This document shows, one piece after another, positions 31,831 through 40,513 of a stretch of 40,754 nt of DNA (positions within the stretch are counted from its first letter, which is position 1; each line of letters starts with the position of its first letter). A model generated the notes under the pieces. It saw nothing but the letters and a program-made list of their open reading frames with translations, was not told where the DNA came from and searched no databases. The translations under genes were made by a program, and so were the position numbers. The stretch is from a virus: the IMG/VR virus record IMGVR_UViG_3300033475_000073, positions 1-40,754 of that record. The stretch is one strand, 5' to 3'.

Positions 31831-32073
31831 GTGGATATAGCGGAGGCCAGGAAAATAGCCGCAATAGTTGGAACCGCCGATGACGGATGCAGCCATTGCG
31901 TAAGAGGCTTAACAGATAGGCTAAACGACGCCTTCCCAGATTTTGTTTGGCATCCGACTGATGAGCCACAGCGAGAGATGCCGGCGTTGTCAACAGACAG
32001 CGACGACGCCACCACTATAGGAATAGTGGTCGCTGTATCGCGAAAAGATAAAGGCCCCGGCGACCCGCGTTAG
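31831..32073 (+). CDS. Moron-like hypothetical protein with atypical codon usage
   Basis: The GTG at 31831 lies 5 nt after GGAGG. VDIAEARKIAAIVGTADDGCSHCVRGLTDRLNDAFPDFVWH looks native. Many ATA/AGG/TTA/GTA codons, unlike the rest of the genome. Confidence 0.5.
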   Translation: MDIAEARKIAAIVGTADDGCSHCVRGLTDRLNDAFPDFVWHPTDEPQREMPALSTDSDDATTIGIVVAVSRKDKGPGDPR

Positions 32074-32090
32074 CAGATCAAGCCGGGGCC
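32053..32090. terminator. GC-rich stem-loop between convergent genes (candidate bidirectional terminator)
   Basis: GGCCCCGGC (32053..32061) pairs with GCCGGGGCC (32082..32090). 20-nt loop, no clear U-tract. Confidence 0.4.
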
Positions 32091-32141
32091 AGTACCGCGC
32101 TACTCAACAGCCGGGAGGGGGCCGACCGGAATGCGCGATCT

Positions 32142-32501
32142 CTAAAATGATTTCCTATCGAAGCCGTGTGCGATGCAGACGCGATCAGCAATTTCATCAA
32201 ATTCGGCGTTGTGCTGCGTCTTCGGCGTCTCCGACCGATTGATGTGCTGGTACAGATGGATTTGTTCGTGAGCCATAGAGGCCATGAGCATAAAGGTGCT
32301 GCCCACGAGTCTTTCAGAGATGGCGATTTCCACTTCGGTAGACCGCCGATACCCCTGCATGTGCGAGAAGCGATCCCTGTAACGCTTTACACTGAATTTC
32401 ACCTTGCTGGCTGGCGGCAGATTCAGTTCATCAAGTGGCGACGTTGCCCTCAGGTATTCATATGCCCTTGCGAGGTTCATCGGCGTAAGCCGCAGCGTCA
32501 T
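32142..32501 (-). CDS. SprT-like zinc metalloprotease domain protein
   Basis: 119 aa. KFSVKRYRDRFSHMQGY...IAISERL...MASMAHEQIHLYQH...HNAEFDEIADRV fits the SprT-like layout with an HExxH motif. Confidence 0.65.
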   Translation of the reverse strand: MTLRLTPMNLARAYEYLRATSPLDELNLPPASKVKFSVKRYRDRFSHMQGYRRSTEVEIAISERLVGSTFMLMASMAHEQIHLYQHINRSETPKTQHNAEFDEIADRVCIAHGFDRKSF

Positions 32502-32755
32502 GCAGAGAGACGCCTTGCAACAAGCTGGGCATAGCCGCCTATGTCGTGCCAGGAATCGAAATGGTCTTGGTTGCCGTTCAAAATTCGCGACACCTTGACC
32601 GCGATATGATCCAGGGCCTCGCGCTGATCTGGCGCCAATTCATTCCAGCGGCCGTTCATTCGAAACGCAGCCTTGATAGCCTGGGCAATGACAGATTGAT
32701 CTACAAATGAGCCGTACTCGCGGCCACGCTGTTCTAGCGTTCCCTCGATATTCAT
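32498..32755 (-). CDS. DUF6378-like small phage protein
   Basis: 85 aa. EQRGREYGSF...ALDHIAVKVSRILNGNQDHFDSWHDIGGYAQL resembles that family. Confidence 0.5.
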   Translation of the reverse strand: MNIEGTLEQRGREYGSFVDQSVIAQAIKAAFRMNGRWNELAPDQREALDHIAVKVSRILNGNQDHFDSWHDIGGYAQLVARRLSA

Positions 32756-32771
32756 GTTCCCTCGGATGCGG

Positions 32772-33608
32772 TTAAATTAGATGTGCCCAGTCGCCGCCGT
32801 ATTTGGCGCGGTGGTATTGCTGCAAGCTCATGCCGGTATATTTGCGGCACAAATAGTCCAGCGAGAGCGGCATGGGGCAGTGTTCGCCGTTTTGCACCTC
32901 GTTCAGGATCACGATACCGCGCCAGTGCCGCTGACCCTGCGCACCGCGATACGGCTCCTCGTGAACGTAGCAGCTGCCGGCCTGAATGCCCCACCATGTC
33001 TTACCGTTGCCCATGATCTTGGTGCCCATATCCAAGCCCTGCTGATGGCCGTGGACGAAGGACGCACCGATCTTTGTGAGCTTGTTGACGATGGAGCCAC
33101 CGATGGGCCGGTTGCTGTGCGATGCCTGGAAGTAATGGCTGTAGAGTATGCCATCTAGTTCAACGACTTTTAGGAAGTCGTGGCGCTCCCAGTCACGAGT
33201 ATCGCACTGGTCTGAGCCGATAGTGCCAAGCCACTTGGGATTGTTATTCGCAGCGCGGTCGGCGCGTATCTCGTGGTTGCCGGTGATGAAGACCTTGCGC
33301 GGATTCCAGCGCGCCCTATGTCTTGTCCGCCTGCGCTCAATCTCCGCATCCATAGGCTTGCAGAGAGTTGCGAATGCGGCATTACCAACCGCAACGTCAT
33401 CAGCATACCGCGCACCTTCAAGTGGTGCGGAGCCTGGCTCTTCATGCCCGTTAAGGCTAGGATGGTCCCAATGGTCCCCTAGGTGAATGACAACATCGGG
33501 CCTATAGTGAACTATGGCCTCTGCGATCCATTCAAGGTGGTCGAGTGGAACGCCGGGACGGACTTGGGTATCGGGTATAATCAGGTGACGCCTTGGCCCC
33601 TCAGCCAT
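32772..33608 (-). CDS. Calcineurin-like metallophosphoesterase
   Basis: 278 aa with LIIPDTQ, VIHLGDHWD, ITGNHE and FVHGHQQG motifs in canonical order. Confidence 0.85.
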   Translation of the reverse strand: MAEGPRRHLIIPDTQVRPGVPLDHLEWIAEAIVHYRPDVVIHLGDHWDHPSLNGHEEPGSAPLEGARYADDVAVGNAAFATLCKPMDAEIERRRTRHRARWNPRKVFITGNHEIRADRAANNNPKWLGTIGSDQCDTRDWERHDFLKVVELDGILYSHYFQASHSNRPIGGSIVNKLTKIGASFVHGHQQGLDMGTKIMGNGKTWWGIQAGSCYVHEEPYRGAQGQRHWRGIVILNEVQNGEHCPMPLSLDYLCRKYTGMSLQQYHRAKYGGDWAHLI

Positions 33609-33609
33609 G

Positions 33610-33867
33610 TTAATGCCTCACGAATGAGTAAATGGCGGCACCAATGCCAAACAGCCACCCGATCAGACCGCCAACCATCAGGATGGCGTTGAAGGCCCCG
33701 CCCCCCTGCGCAGCTATCTTTTCCAAGGCTTTGATCGAGTCTTTGATTTCCGAAACATCGCCCTGGACCGCAGACATTTCGGCCTCAAGGCGGGCCAAGC
33801 GTTCAACATCACTATGCGGCATAGGCCGCCAAGTCTGGCGATTGTGCCGGTTTCTGATATGACTCAT
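33610..33867 (-). CDS. Coiled-coil protein with C-terminal transmembrane anchor (possible lysis accessory)
   Basis: 85-aa track ORF (alternative ATG at 33822). LARLEAEMSAVQGDVSEIKDSIKALEK followed by AFNAILMVGGLIGWLFGIGAAIYSF. Confidence 0.5.
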   Translation of the reverse strand: MSHIRNRHNRQTWRPMPHSDVERLARLEAEMSAVQGDVSEIKDSIKALEKIAAQGGGAFNAILMVGGLIGWLFGIGAAIYSFVRH

Positions 33868-33908
33868 TCGCCATGTTCAGCCTGTTTAAGAGGTTGGGGA
33901 TGGAAGTC

Positions 33909-33940
33909 GGGGCCGCTGTTCTTCGCGGGAGAGCGGCCCC
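33909..33940 (-). terminator. Strong GC stem-loop just downstream of the holin gene
   Basis: GGGGCCGCT (33909..33917) pairs with AGCGGCCCC (33932..33940). 9-bp stem, 14-nt loop. No U-tract on the minus strand. Confidence 0.4.
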
Positions 33941-33949
33941 GGCGCTGTG

Positions 33950-34378
33950 TTACTTCGTTGCGACGCCGTTGAGCTTCTCATACATACGCATACTGCCAAG
34001 GCCCAACATGCCGGCAAGCAGCGTCAGAAGCGTTCCCATATCGAGGCTGGGATAATCTACGATGCGCCCAAACCACTGCGACAAGAACATGGCGAACGGA
34101 CGGAAAATAAACTGAGACAGAAGGCCGAGAGCGCAAACCCAGCCAACGGCGGGCCGCCAACCGGAAACGAACAGATTTGGGTTAGCCGCCTCGGCCGCGT
34201 TGACGGCGTTCTGCGCCTTGGCGATGTCCGTATCAGCCGTCAGCTGCGCCAGTTCGCCAGTCTGCGTCATCTTCAGCAGCTCAAGCTTCGCCGCGTCTTT
34301 TTGCGCCGGGTCAGGCCAGAGACGGTCGATCAGCTTACCACCGATGTCGAGCGCGGCAGAGATTGGGTCAAATGCCAT
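33950..34378 (-). CDS. Holin, 3-TM GTA-type family
   Basis: 142 aa. AQNAVNAAEAANPNLFVSGWRPAVGWVCALGLLSQFIFRP...LLAGMLGLGSMRMYEKLNG matches the GTA_holin_3TM pattern. Confidence 0.8.
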   Translation of the reverse strand: MAFDPISAALDIGGKLIDRLWPDPAQKDAAKLELLKMTQTGELAQLTADTDIAKAQNAVNAAEAANPNLFVSGWRPAVGWVCALGLLSQFIFRPFAMFLSQWFGRIVDYPSLDMGTLLTLLAGMLGLGSMRMYEKLNGVATK

Positions 34379-34737
34379 TATTCAATCACCTCAAGGATTT
34401 TGTCTTTGCTGGCCGCGACGGCCTTGCGCAAAGCGGGGCCGATCACGATGCAGCCGTGCGATGCGTCATGCTGTGAATTGTCGCCATGAATGCGAAACAG
34501 TGAGCGGCCGAAGGTGTTAGTACCTTCCAGTGGGTCCAGGTTCATTACGCACGGGCCAAGATGCGGATGGTCGTATGCGGGGCCGATGCTGTATTTGCCG
34601 ATGGGGATGGGGCCGACGCCTTGAACGGCAATCATTTTTGGGTTGTTGCGGCCTTCGTCACGGCCGGAATAACCTGAACCAACCCGCAAGGCGTCATGTC
34701 CGAGCCAGCCGGTTTCGATGCGGTAGAGCCAAGGCAT
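34378..34737 (-). CDS. Tlde1/DUF2778 (YkuD-like L,D-transpeptidase fold) protein, putative endolysin
   Basis: 119 aa from the ATG at 34737 (GGAGGA upstream). GVGPIPIGKYSIGP...GRSLFRIHGDNSQHDASHGCIVIG carries the His ... Ser-x-Gly-Cys catalytic pattern. Its stop shares a nt with the holin ATG (TAATG). Confidence 0.7.
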   Translation of the reverse strand: MPWLYRIETGWLGHDALRVGSGYSGRDEGRNNPKMIAVQGVGPIPIGKYSIGPAYDHPHLGPCVMNLDPLEGTNTFGRSLFRIHGDNSQHDASHGCIVIGPALRKAVAASKDKILEVIE

Positions 34738-34739
34738 CG

Positions 34740-36089
34740 CTAGCCAATCCTCCACCCTGACCCGTCATGGTAGACGGGCACATTGTTTGATCCGCCGCCA
34801 ACCGCAGAGGTGGCGAACGTCGTAGAATTGGCGTCTGATACGAAGGAGCGAGCTCCCTTGGCGCCGGTCGGGAGCGTTCCGACGGTATAGACCTTCGTCC
34901 CGAGCGTTCCGTTGCCAGTCGCAGTCGTACCGCCGATGATAAGGCTGCCGTCAGTCTGAACGACGGGGCCAAGGATTGAATCACTCGCGTTGTAGGCGAT
35001 GGTGAGCGCGGTTGTGCCGTGACCGGAGCCCGGTCCCATAAGCCACGCTTTTCCGCTCGCGGCTCCGTCGATAAAGCGTATCGAATCGCTGCTTACGCTA
35101 TTATTGGAAATGTTGAACTGGCTTGTGAGAGCTGCACCACCAACGCCAGCTTTGCCAGTCACCGCTAGCGTTGACGAGGCAGAGGTCGCCCGTGTGAGCG
35201 TGATATTGCCAGTCGATGTACCGCCCAGGGTAATCGTACCGGACCCCTTGGCATCGACTGTAAGGTTTTCATTTGTACCAGACGAATTTACCGAAATGGA
35301 GGCGCCTGACGCAGCCGCCCTGCCCGTGACCGTGATGCCAGTAGCGGCGCTTGGCGCAGATCCATCGACTTTTAGAGCGGGGTTGGTAGTTCCATTTGCG
35401 CCGACGCTTAGACTGGTGACAGTCAAATTCGAAGACGGCTTCCCGCCGGCGCTCCAAGAGAACGTAAAGAAGTCAGTCTGCGTGGCAAAGTCATCCGAAA
35501 GCGTCGAAAATCCCAGAAAGCCGGATGCGCCATAGATGACAGAGTTTTTCAGATTGGTGCCGGCACTGCTAGTGGCAAACTGAAATGTCGGCTGCGAACC
35601 GTCGCTAACACCAGGAAAGGAAGTGCCCATGCTAATCATGGTGAAAGCGCCGGGCCAAGGTGTACCCGTGACGGGAATTTGGCTCAGATAAACGGTAATA
35701 GTCTCATTGGCGAGCGAGCCGCCATTGTCCCACAGAACCTGAACATTCGTATTCGTGGAGAATGAGACACTGGAAATGGTGCCATAGATGGTGCCAGTGG
35801 ATGAGCCGACAGCCTTAACGCGGCGGTACTTGTGATAGACTGTGCTGACATCTACGCTGTTGATGCGAAATGCGTTGCCGCTGACGTAGACAACCTTGCC
35901 AACATCGGTGCCGTCACCAGAGCCGTAGCGGAACCAGATCAGATCGTTGAACGCAGATCGCGCATCCGCCATGTTTGCGCGGGCAGAATTGTTCACAACA
36001 CCGGGGTTCATCCCCTCGTCCCAGTTAATGCCAGTGTTGGCATTGATGTTGTTCGCGGCAGTTGTGGAATAGGTATTGTAGCCAGTCAT
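34740..36089 (-). CDS. Tail fibre / receptor-binding protein
   Basis: 449 aa, rich in G/S/T/N. The N-terminal INWDEGMNPGVVNNSARANMAD motif resembles virion-anchoring ends of podovirus fibres. Last structural gene before lysis. Confidence 0.65.
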   Translation of the reverse strand: MTGYNTYSTTAANNINANTGINWDEGMNPGVVNNSARANMADARSAFNDLIWFRYGSGDGTDVGKVVYVSGNAFRINSVDVSTVYHKYRRVKAVGSSTGTIYGTISSVSFSTNTNVQVLWDNGGSLANETITVYLSQIPVTGTPWPGAFTMISMGTSFPGVSDGSQPTFQFATSSAGTNLKNSVIYGASGFLGFSTLSDDFATQTDFFTFSWSAGGKPSSNLTVTSLSVGANGTTNPALKVDGSAPSAATGITVTGRAAASGASISVNSSGTNENLTVDAKGSGTITLGGTSTGNITLTRATSASSTLAVTGKAGVGGAALTSQFNISNNSVSSDSIRFIDGAASGKAWLMGPGSGHGTTALTIAYNASDSILGPVVQTDGSLIIGGTTATGNGTLGTKVYTVGTLPTGAKGARSFVSDANSTTFATSAVGGGSNNVPVYHDGSGWRIG

Positions 36090-36183
36090 GGCGATTTGCG
36101 ATTACCTATGAAATGGGGTAAAAGACCCTTCCCCTAGGAAGCGGCCCGTATGGAGCTCTCAACGGCTCTCGCCATTGTGATTG

Positions 36184-36206
36184 GAACGCCAATTCAGAAG
36201 GCGTTC
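36184..36206 (-). other. Stem-loop in the 123-bp gap upstream of the tail fibre gene
   Basis: GAACGCC-9 nt-GGCGTTC, beginning 7 nt after the stop of the 533-aa gene; no U-tract. Confidence 0.3.
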
Positions 36207-36212
36207 GTGAAG

Positions 36213-37814
36213 TTAGTTTTGCGAGCCAGCGAGCGAAGGCGCCTGCGTCGAGCTGATAAGCGCGAGCGGAAGGCGAAGCGGACTTAGGGCCGAAGCCGCT
36301 TGTGGTGCCCACGCCGGGCGTGAGCCGCTTAATGCGGCGCGCATCGCGACTTGGCCGGGTTTGGTATAAAGAGCCGCGCCCAACGCTGCCGGGATCGCCA
36401 TAGTTGGCGCCACCGTCGAGCCGCCAGAAAGAAGCAATGGCAATGAAGTAGCCAGCGCCCTACCCGTGGTCCCGGAATCAGGAACAGAACTCGGAAGAAC
36501 TTGGTTTGCCGCGTCTGACAAGTCCTGATTCAGTGCCTTGCCGCGTGCGTAGGCATTTTTGCCAGCGGTCTTATCCATTGCCTTTACGGCGTTGGCATAC
36601 TGAGGTGCAGTAAATACGCCGTCCTTGGACCCGACAGAGCTTGCCGCGCGACGGATGCGGGCATACTGAGCAAACGCTGCATTGGTGTCTTTAAGCGTTT
36701 GGGCTTGGATCGGGTTGCTGCGCTCAAGCATGTCATTAAAGGCCGACTGGGCCTCGGTGACGAGGTGGCCAAGCGCCTGCTCGTCAGCGTCACCGCTGCT
36801 GAGCTTTTCGCGCGCAATTTTTCCGAGATTTTGCTGAGCATCCTTCAGTGCGTCGCCAGTGAGCGTGCCAGACTGTACCCGGTCCAGGATTTGGGCCTTC
36901 AGCACATTGTTGAATCGATCCAGCGTATCCTGCTTGGCGCCTAATCCGATTGCGTTTGTCCCGATAGCGTTGATGTCTGATGCGAACTGATGGTCAAGGA
37001 CACCTGTCATATTCGACAATGTGCTGTCGTAACTGTCTTGGATTGCCTTATGGACAAAATCGACACCCTCGCGGCCGACGGGCACATTGCTGGGAAGCTG
37101 CTGGCCAATGGGCTTCAGGGAGTTGTCAAGAACTGCACGGTTGAACCCCTGCACACTGTCCGCTTGGGCACTTTTAATCATGTGCCCGACGACCGGCAGC
37201 GACGTAAACTTGTCTTCAAAATCCTTGGCAACGCCGCCAAGAGTCTGTCCGGGCGTCAGGGGTATTTTGGCCGCCATTAGCTTCTGAACAGCGGGGGAAA
37301 GCGCAGGAGAAATAATCTTTTGAAGGCCGCCAAGGGCCGCATCCGTCGTCTTCCCAAGAACTCCGCTTACAGCCGCGTCACCAGCGATCCCTAGAGGCGT
37401 CTTTTTGTCCGACGTCAGGGCCCCGAGGGCCGCGCTGCCGCCGAACGCACCAAGCGGTGCAAGGCCGACCATTGCAGGAACGTCGCCCGCGATTTTGCCT
37501 AAAAGGCCAGGTTCAGCACCGCTCGGATTTGCAGGGTTGCGAAGAGCGTCGGCAGATTCAGCGAGGCCGTGGCCGCCAGAGATAGCACGGACAATTGCAT
37601 CAGCCCCGGGGATATATTTACCGCCAAGCTCAGCGGCATTGCCAAGAAGCTTGCCGACACTCTGCTCGAAGCCAAGCGACTGACTTGTGTGCGTCGTACC
37701 GTCATTTAGCTGCGCTAGAACTGCTTTATCCGTCACCGGCTTCATGCTGGAAGACTGTGCGCCTAGCTGCTCGAGGACTTCTGGATCAGTTACCGGCGTC
37801 ATTCTTCCATCCAC
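36213..37814 (-). CDS. Large virion protein (putative internal/ejection protein)
   Basis: 533-aa ORF, Ala/Gly/Leu-rich with predicted helical stretches. Third of three consecutive large genes typical of podovirus core proteins. Confidence 0.55.
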   Translation of the reverse strand: MDGRMTPVTDPEVLEQLGAQSSSMKPVTDKAVLAQLNDGTTHTSQSLGFEQSVGKLLGNAAELGGKYIPGADAIVRAISGGHGLAESADALRNPANPSGAEPGLLGKIAGDVPAMVGLAPLGAFGGSAALGALTSDKKTPLGIAGDAAVSGVLGKTTDAALGGLQKIISPALSPAVQKLMAAKIPLTPGQTLGGVAKDFEDKFTSLPVVGHMIKSAQADSVQGFNRAVLDNSLKPIGQQLPSNVPVGREGVDFVHKAIQDSYDSTLSNMTGVLDHQFASDINAIGTNAIGLGAKQDTLDRFNNVLKAQILDRVQSGTLTGDALKDAQQNLGKIAREKLSSGDADEQALGHLVTEAQSAFNDMLERSNPIQAQTLKDTNAAFAQYARIRRAASSVGSKDGVFTAPQYANAVKAMDKTAGKNAYARGKALNQDLSDAANQVLPSSVPDSGTTGRALATSLPLLLSGGSTVAPTMAIPAALGAALYTKPGQVAMRAALSGSRPAWAPQAASALSPLRLPLALISSTQAPSLAGSQN

Positions 37815-39289
37815 TGACCATTGACCTTGTGGTAGGTCTTGCCGCCGATTGTCTTGGTCTCGGTGACGCCGCCTGCACCATGCATCTCAAGCTGGGCGCG
37901 CGTTTCCGGGGCCAAATAATCCTCGAAGTCGTTGAGCCCGGTGCTTTTCTGGTACTGCTGGTGAAGGCCGCTTAGCTGGCCCGCCATGAGACCCTTGTAG
38001 GTCTGGATGACACCGGCAAGCTGCTGAGGCGAACTCGCAGCGCTGATATTGCGGGCAGCTTCCTCGCGGTCACCAACGCCGCCACCGGCGCCAACAATGG
38101 CCTTCACGATTTCATCACCAACGAGCTGCTTGGCTGCGTTGAAGTTGGTCGGGGCCGGGCGACCCGTCTGCTGGCCGATAAACTGACCGATGCGATTGAC
38201 GGCCTGAATATCACCATTGCCCAGGGCCTGCGAAAGCTGACCGAGCTGATCGAGATGCTGCACGGCGACATTCAGGCTGCGAACGGTATTGCCATTCTTG
38301 CCGGTGGCGAAATCATTGCGCGCCTTGGTTTTGGAGCCGTACTGCGTGGCGTCGTACTGCGGGTTGTACTGGTTGACAGCGCTGGCAAGCTGGGCGCCGT
38401 AGGGCGAGCGCATTGCCATGCCTGTTAGGGGCGCCTGACGATACGTAGCAATGGCCTTCACGGTGCTTTGCAGGTTCGGGGGGAGAGTTTTGAGATAGGC
38501 GTCGCCCGTTAGCGGCTGACCATCGGCACCAGTCGGAACAGAGGCGGCCTGATTGCCACCGCTGTAAATAACCTTGCCGGTGACGGGATCAACCAGCGTT
38601 CCGCCGAACCCGACTTCTGTCGGCTTATGGAGCTGAGCCTGCGAAATGCCGATTTCTGCCTTTTGGTACTTCGTAAGCGGGGCATCGGCCGCGATCTGGC
38701 CTTCCTGACGCTTGATGCCAAGCTGCTGATCGATGGCCCCCTGCGACAGCATATCCGAGCCCTGCTTCACAACCGGGTTGCCGGAGATGTCCTTGTAGAC
38801 CACGGCATCGGGCTTGAAGCCCATCGCCTTCTTTTCGTCGGAAGTCATGGGCGTAAGCGCCGCATCCTGAATGCTCTGCTGGCGCTCGGCGTTCTTGGCC
38901 GCCAAGTTCAGAAGCAGCGGCATACCAACGGACGGGTCCGCGTTCTTCAGCAGCGGCAACAGGCCAGCGGCACCCGAGCCAAGCATCTGACCAGCGGGGC
39001 CATTGTATGAGATACCACCGGGGGCCGGGGCCGTAGCACCGCCACCGGGAAGCGACAGGTTTACCGGGGGACGCGCGGCAGGGGCCGGACCACCCGGCAA
39101 CTGCGGAGCGGTCGCATCCAACTGCGTCATGCCCGGCGCAACACCGGGAGCGCCAACCGTCGGCGGCGTGGGCGTACCAGAGCCGATGAGCGAGCGAAGC
39201 ATCGCCTGATAGCGATTGCGGTCACCCTGCTGGGCAATGACGTTGTTGACGGCCTGAAAGAATGGATCCCAATTGTAGCTAACCGACAT
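37799..39289 (-). CDS. Large virion protein (putative internal/ejection protein)
   Basis: 496-aa ORF with a Pro/Gly/Ala-rich segment near the N-terminus. Confidence 0.55.
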   Translation of the reverse strand: MSVSYNWDPFFQAVNNVIAQQGDRNRYQAMLRSLIGSGTPTPPTVGAPGVAPGMTQLDATAPQLPGGPAPAARPPVNLSLPGGGATAPAPGGISYNGPAGQMLGSGAAGLLPLLKNADPSVGMPLLLNLAAKNAERQQSIQDAALTPMTSDEKKAMGFKPDAVVYKDISGNPVVKQGSDMLSQGAIDQQLGIKRQEGQIAADAPLTKYQKAEIGISQAQLHKPTEVGFGGTLVDPVTGKVIYSGGNQAASVPTGADGQPLTGDAYLKTLPPNLQSTVKAIATYRQAPLTGMAMRSPYGAQLASAVNQYNPQYDATQYGSKTKARNDFATGKNGNTVRSLNVAVQHLDQLGQLSQALGNGDIQAVNRIGQFIGQQTGRPAPTNFNAAKQLVGDEIVKAIVGAGGGVGDREEAARNISAASSPQQLAGVIQTYKGLMAGQLSGLHQQYQKSTGLNDFEDYLAPETRAQLEMHGAGGVTETKTIGGKTYHKVNGQWMEE

Positions 39290-39292
39290 GGA

Positions 39293-40513
39293 TTAAAGGT
39301 CCAACAAGCTAGAGAACAGCGAGCCGCCCGAACTTGTCGGCGCTCCCAACAGGCTGACACCCGCACCCAACAGGCCGGGAACGATGGACTGGGACGGCTG
39401 CGTGCCGGTCGATGTTCCGCTGGTAGAACCGCCAAGGCTCCCGAGGCCCGAAACGACACCCGCGTAGTTGTTGAGCAAATTCCACGGCTGGGTTTGGGTG
39501 TAGTTGTAGCGGTTCAGTAGGTCGCTGATATTGGCTTGGTTCTGGTTCTGATATGCCGTGCCGACATTCAGCAGGTTGTTTAGATCGGTGTAGTCCTGAT
39601 TTGCGAGCGTCGGCGCCAGTGTCGCGGCAGCGATGGACTGGCCAGCCTGCGTGTTCTGGGCATTATTCAGCGACGTGGCGGTGCCAGCCCGGAAGTTCGC
39701 CTGGTTCAAAGCATTCTGGGAAAGCTGGCCGCCAGCATTCAATAGATTGGTAAGCTGGTTCTGCCCCATGCCGCCAAGAAGACTGGTGAGCGAGACGTTG
39801 CGATTGAGGTCGTTCGCGGACAGGTTGCCGGCATTGGCAACGGCATTGTTCTGAGAGTTATAAGCGTTGATGTTGTTGTTGACGGCCTGGTTGTAGTTGC
39901 TGCCGTATATGTTCGCGGCCAAGTCGCCAAGATTACGGGTAAGCGCCTGCTGGTCTGCAACTGATCCGGTACGCCCGCCAAGGCCAAACTGAGCCTGTAC
40001 GGCGTCGATGACCGGATTCGATGCCGCCTTGAACATGCTGTCCAAATACGGATTGACGTTCGTCGGGTTGGTGCTGGGGCCGCTCTGCGCCATCTGCTGG
40101 GCTTGGGGAAGTGCGGCGTTCCGCTGACCGATTTGGGATTGCGTCAGGCCAGCATAGGGATTCGCCTGCGTGGCCTGCTGGGTAAGGGCGCTACCGGGAT
40201 CATTGTACCCCGACAGAAGGCCTTTCAGCGCATCCTGGCCGGGAGTGGATTGCGGCTGCACGAGATTCATGACCGCATTATTGGCCGCGTTGACGACGGG
40301 CGAGCCGTTAATGGCCCTCTGTTGGGTCAGGTCTAGCCCAAGCTGTGTCGTATCACTGAGAGGCGCAACCGTGCTGAAGGGCGCATAAGAAGAGCCCTTG
40401 TTGTACAAGCCCTGCGCCTGGCTCATGAGGTCCGTCAGGTAAGGCTGAGAGCCTGACCACGGAGCCGAATTCTGAATGGTATTGGTGGAAGTCTGGCCGC
40501 CGCCTGAAGACAT
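39293..40513 (-). CDS. Gln/Asn/Ser-rich virion protein (putative internal/ejection protein)
   Basis: 406-aa ORF; its ATG shares one nt with the stop of the junction-spanning gene. Confidence 0.55.
   Translation of the reverse strand: MSSGGGQTSTNTIQNSAPWSGSQPYLTDLMSQAQGLYNKGSSYAPFSTVAPLSDTTQLGLDLTQQRAINGSPVVNAANNAVMNLVQPQSTPGQDALKGLLSGYNDPGSALTQQATQANPYAGLTQSQIGQRNAALPQAQQMAQSGPSTNPTNVNPYLDSMFKAASNPVIDAVQAQFGLGGRTGSVADQQALTRNLGDLAANIYGSNYNQAVNNNINAYNSQNNAVANAGNLSANDLNRNVSLTSLLGGMGQNQLTNLLNAGGQLSQNALNQANFRAGTATSLNNAQNTQAGQSIAAATLAPTLANQDYTDLNNLLNVGTAYQNQNQANISDLLNRYNYTQTQPWNLLNNYAGVVSGLGSLGGSTSGTSTGTQPSQSIVPGLLGAGVSLLGAPTSSGGSLFSSLLDL

Noticed and set aside
34740-36089. Diversity-generating retroelement targeting the tail fibre
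   Set aside because: No reverse transcriptase gene is present anywhere in the genome. I found no template/variable repeat pair matching the fibre 3' end by eye.
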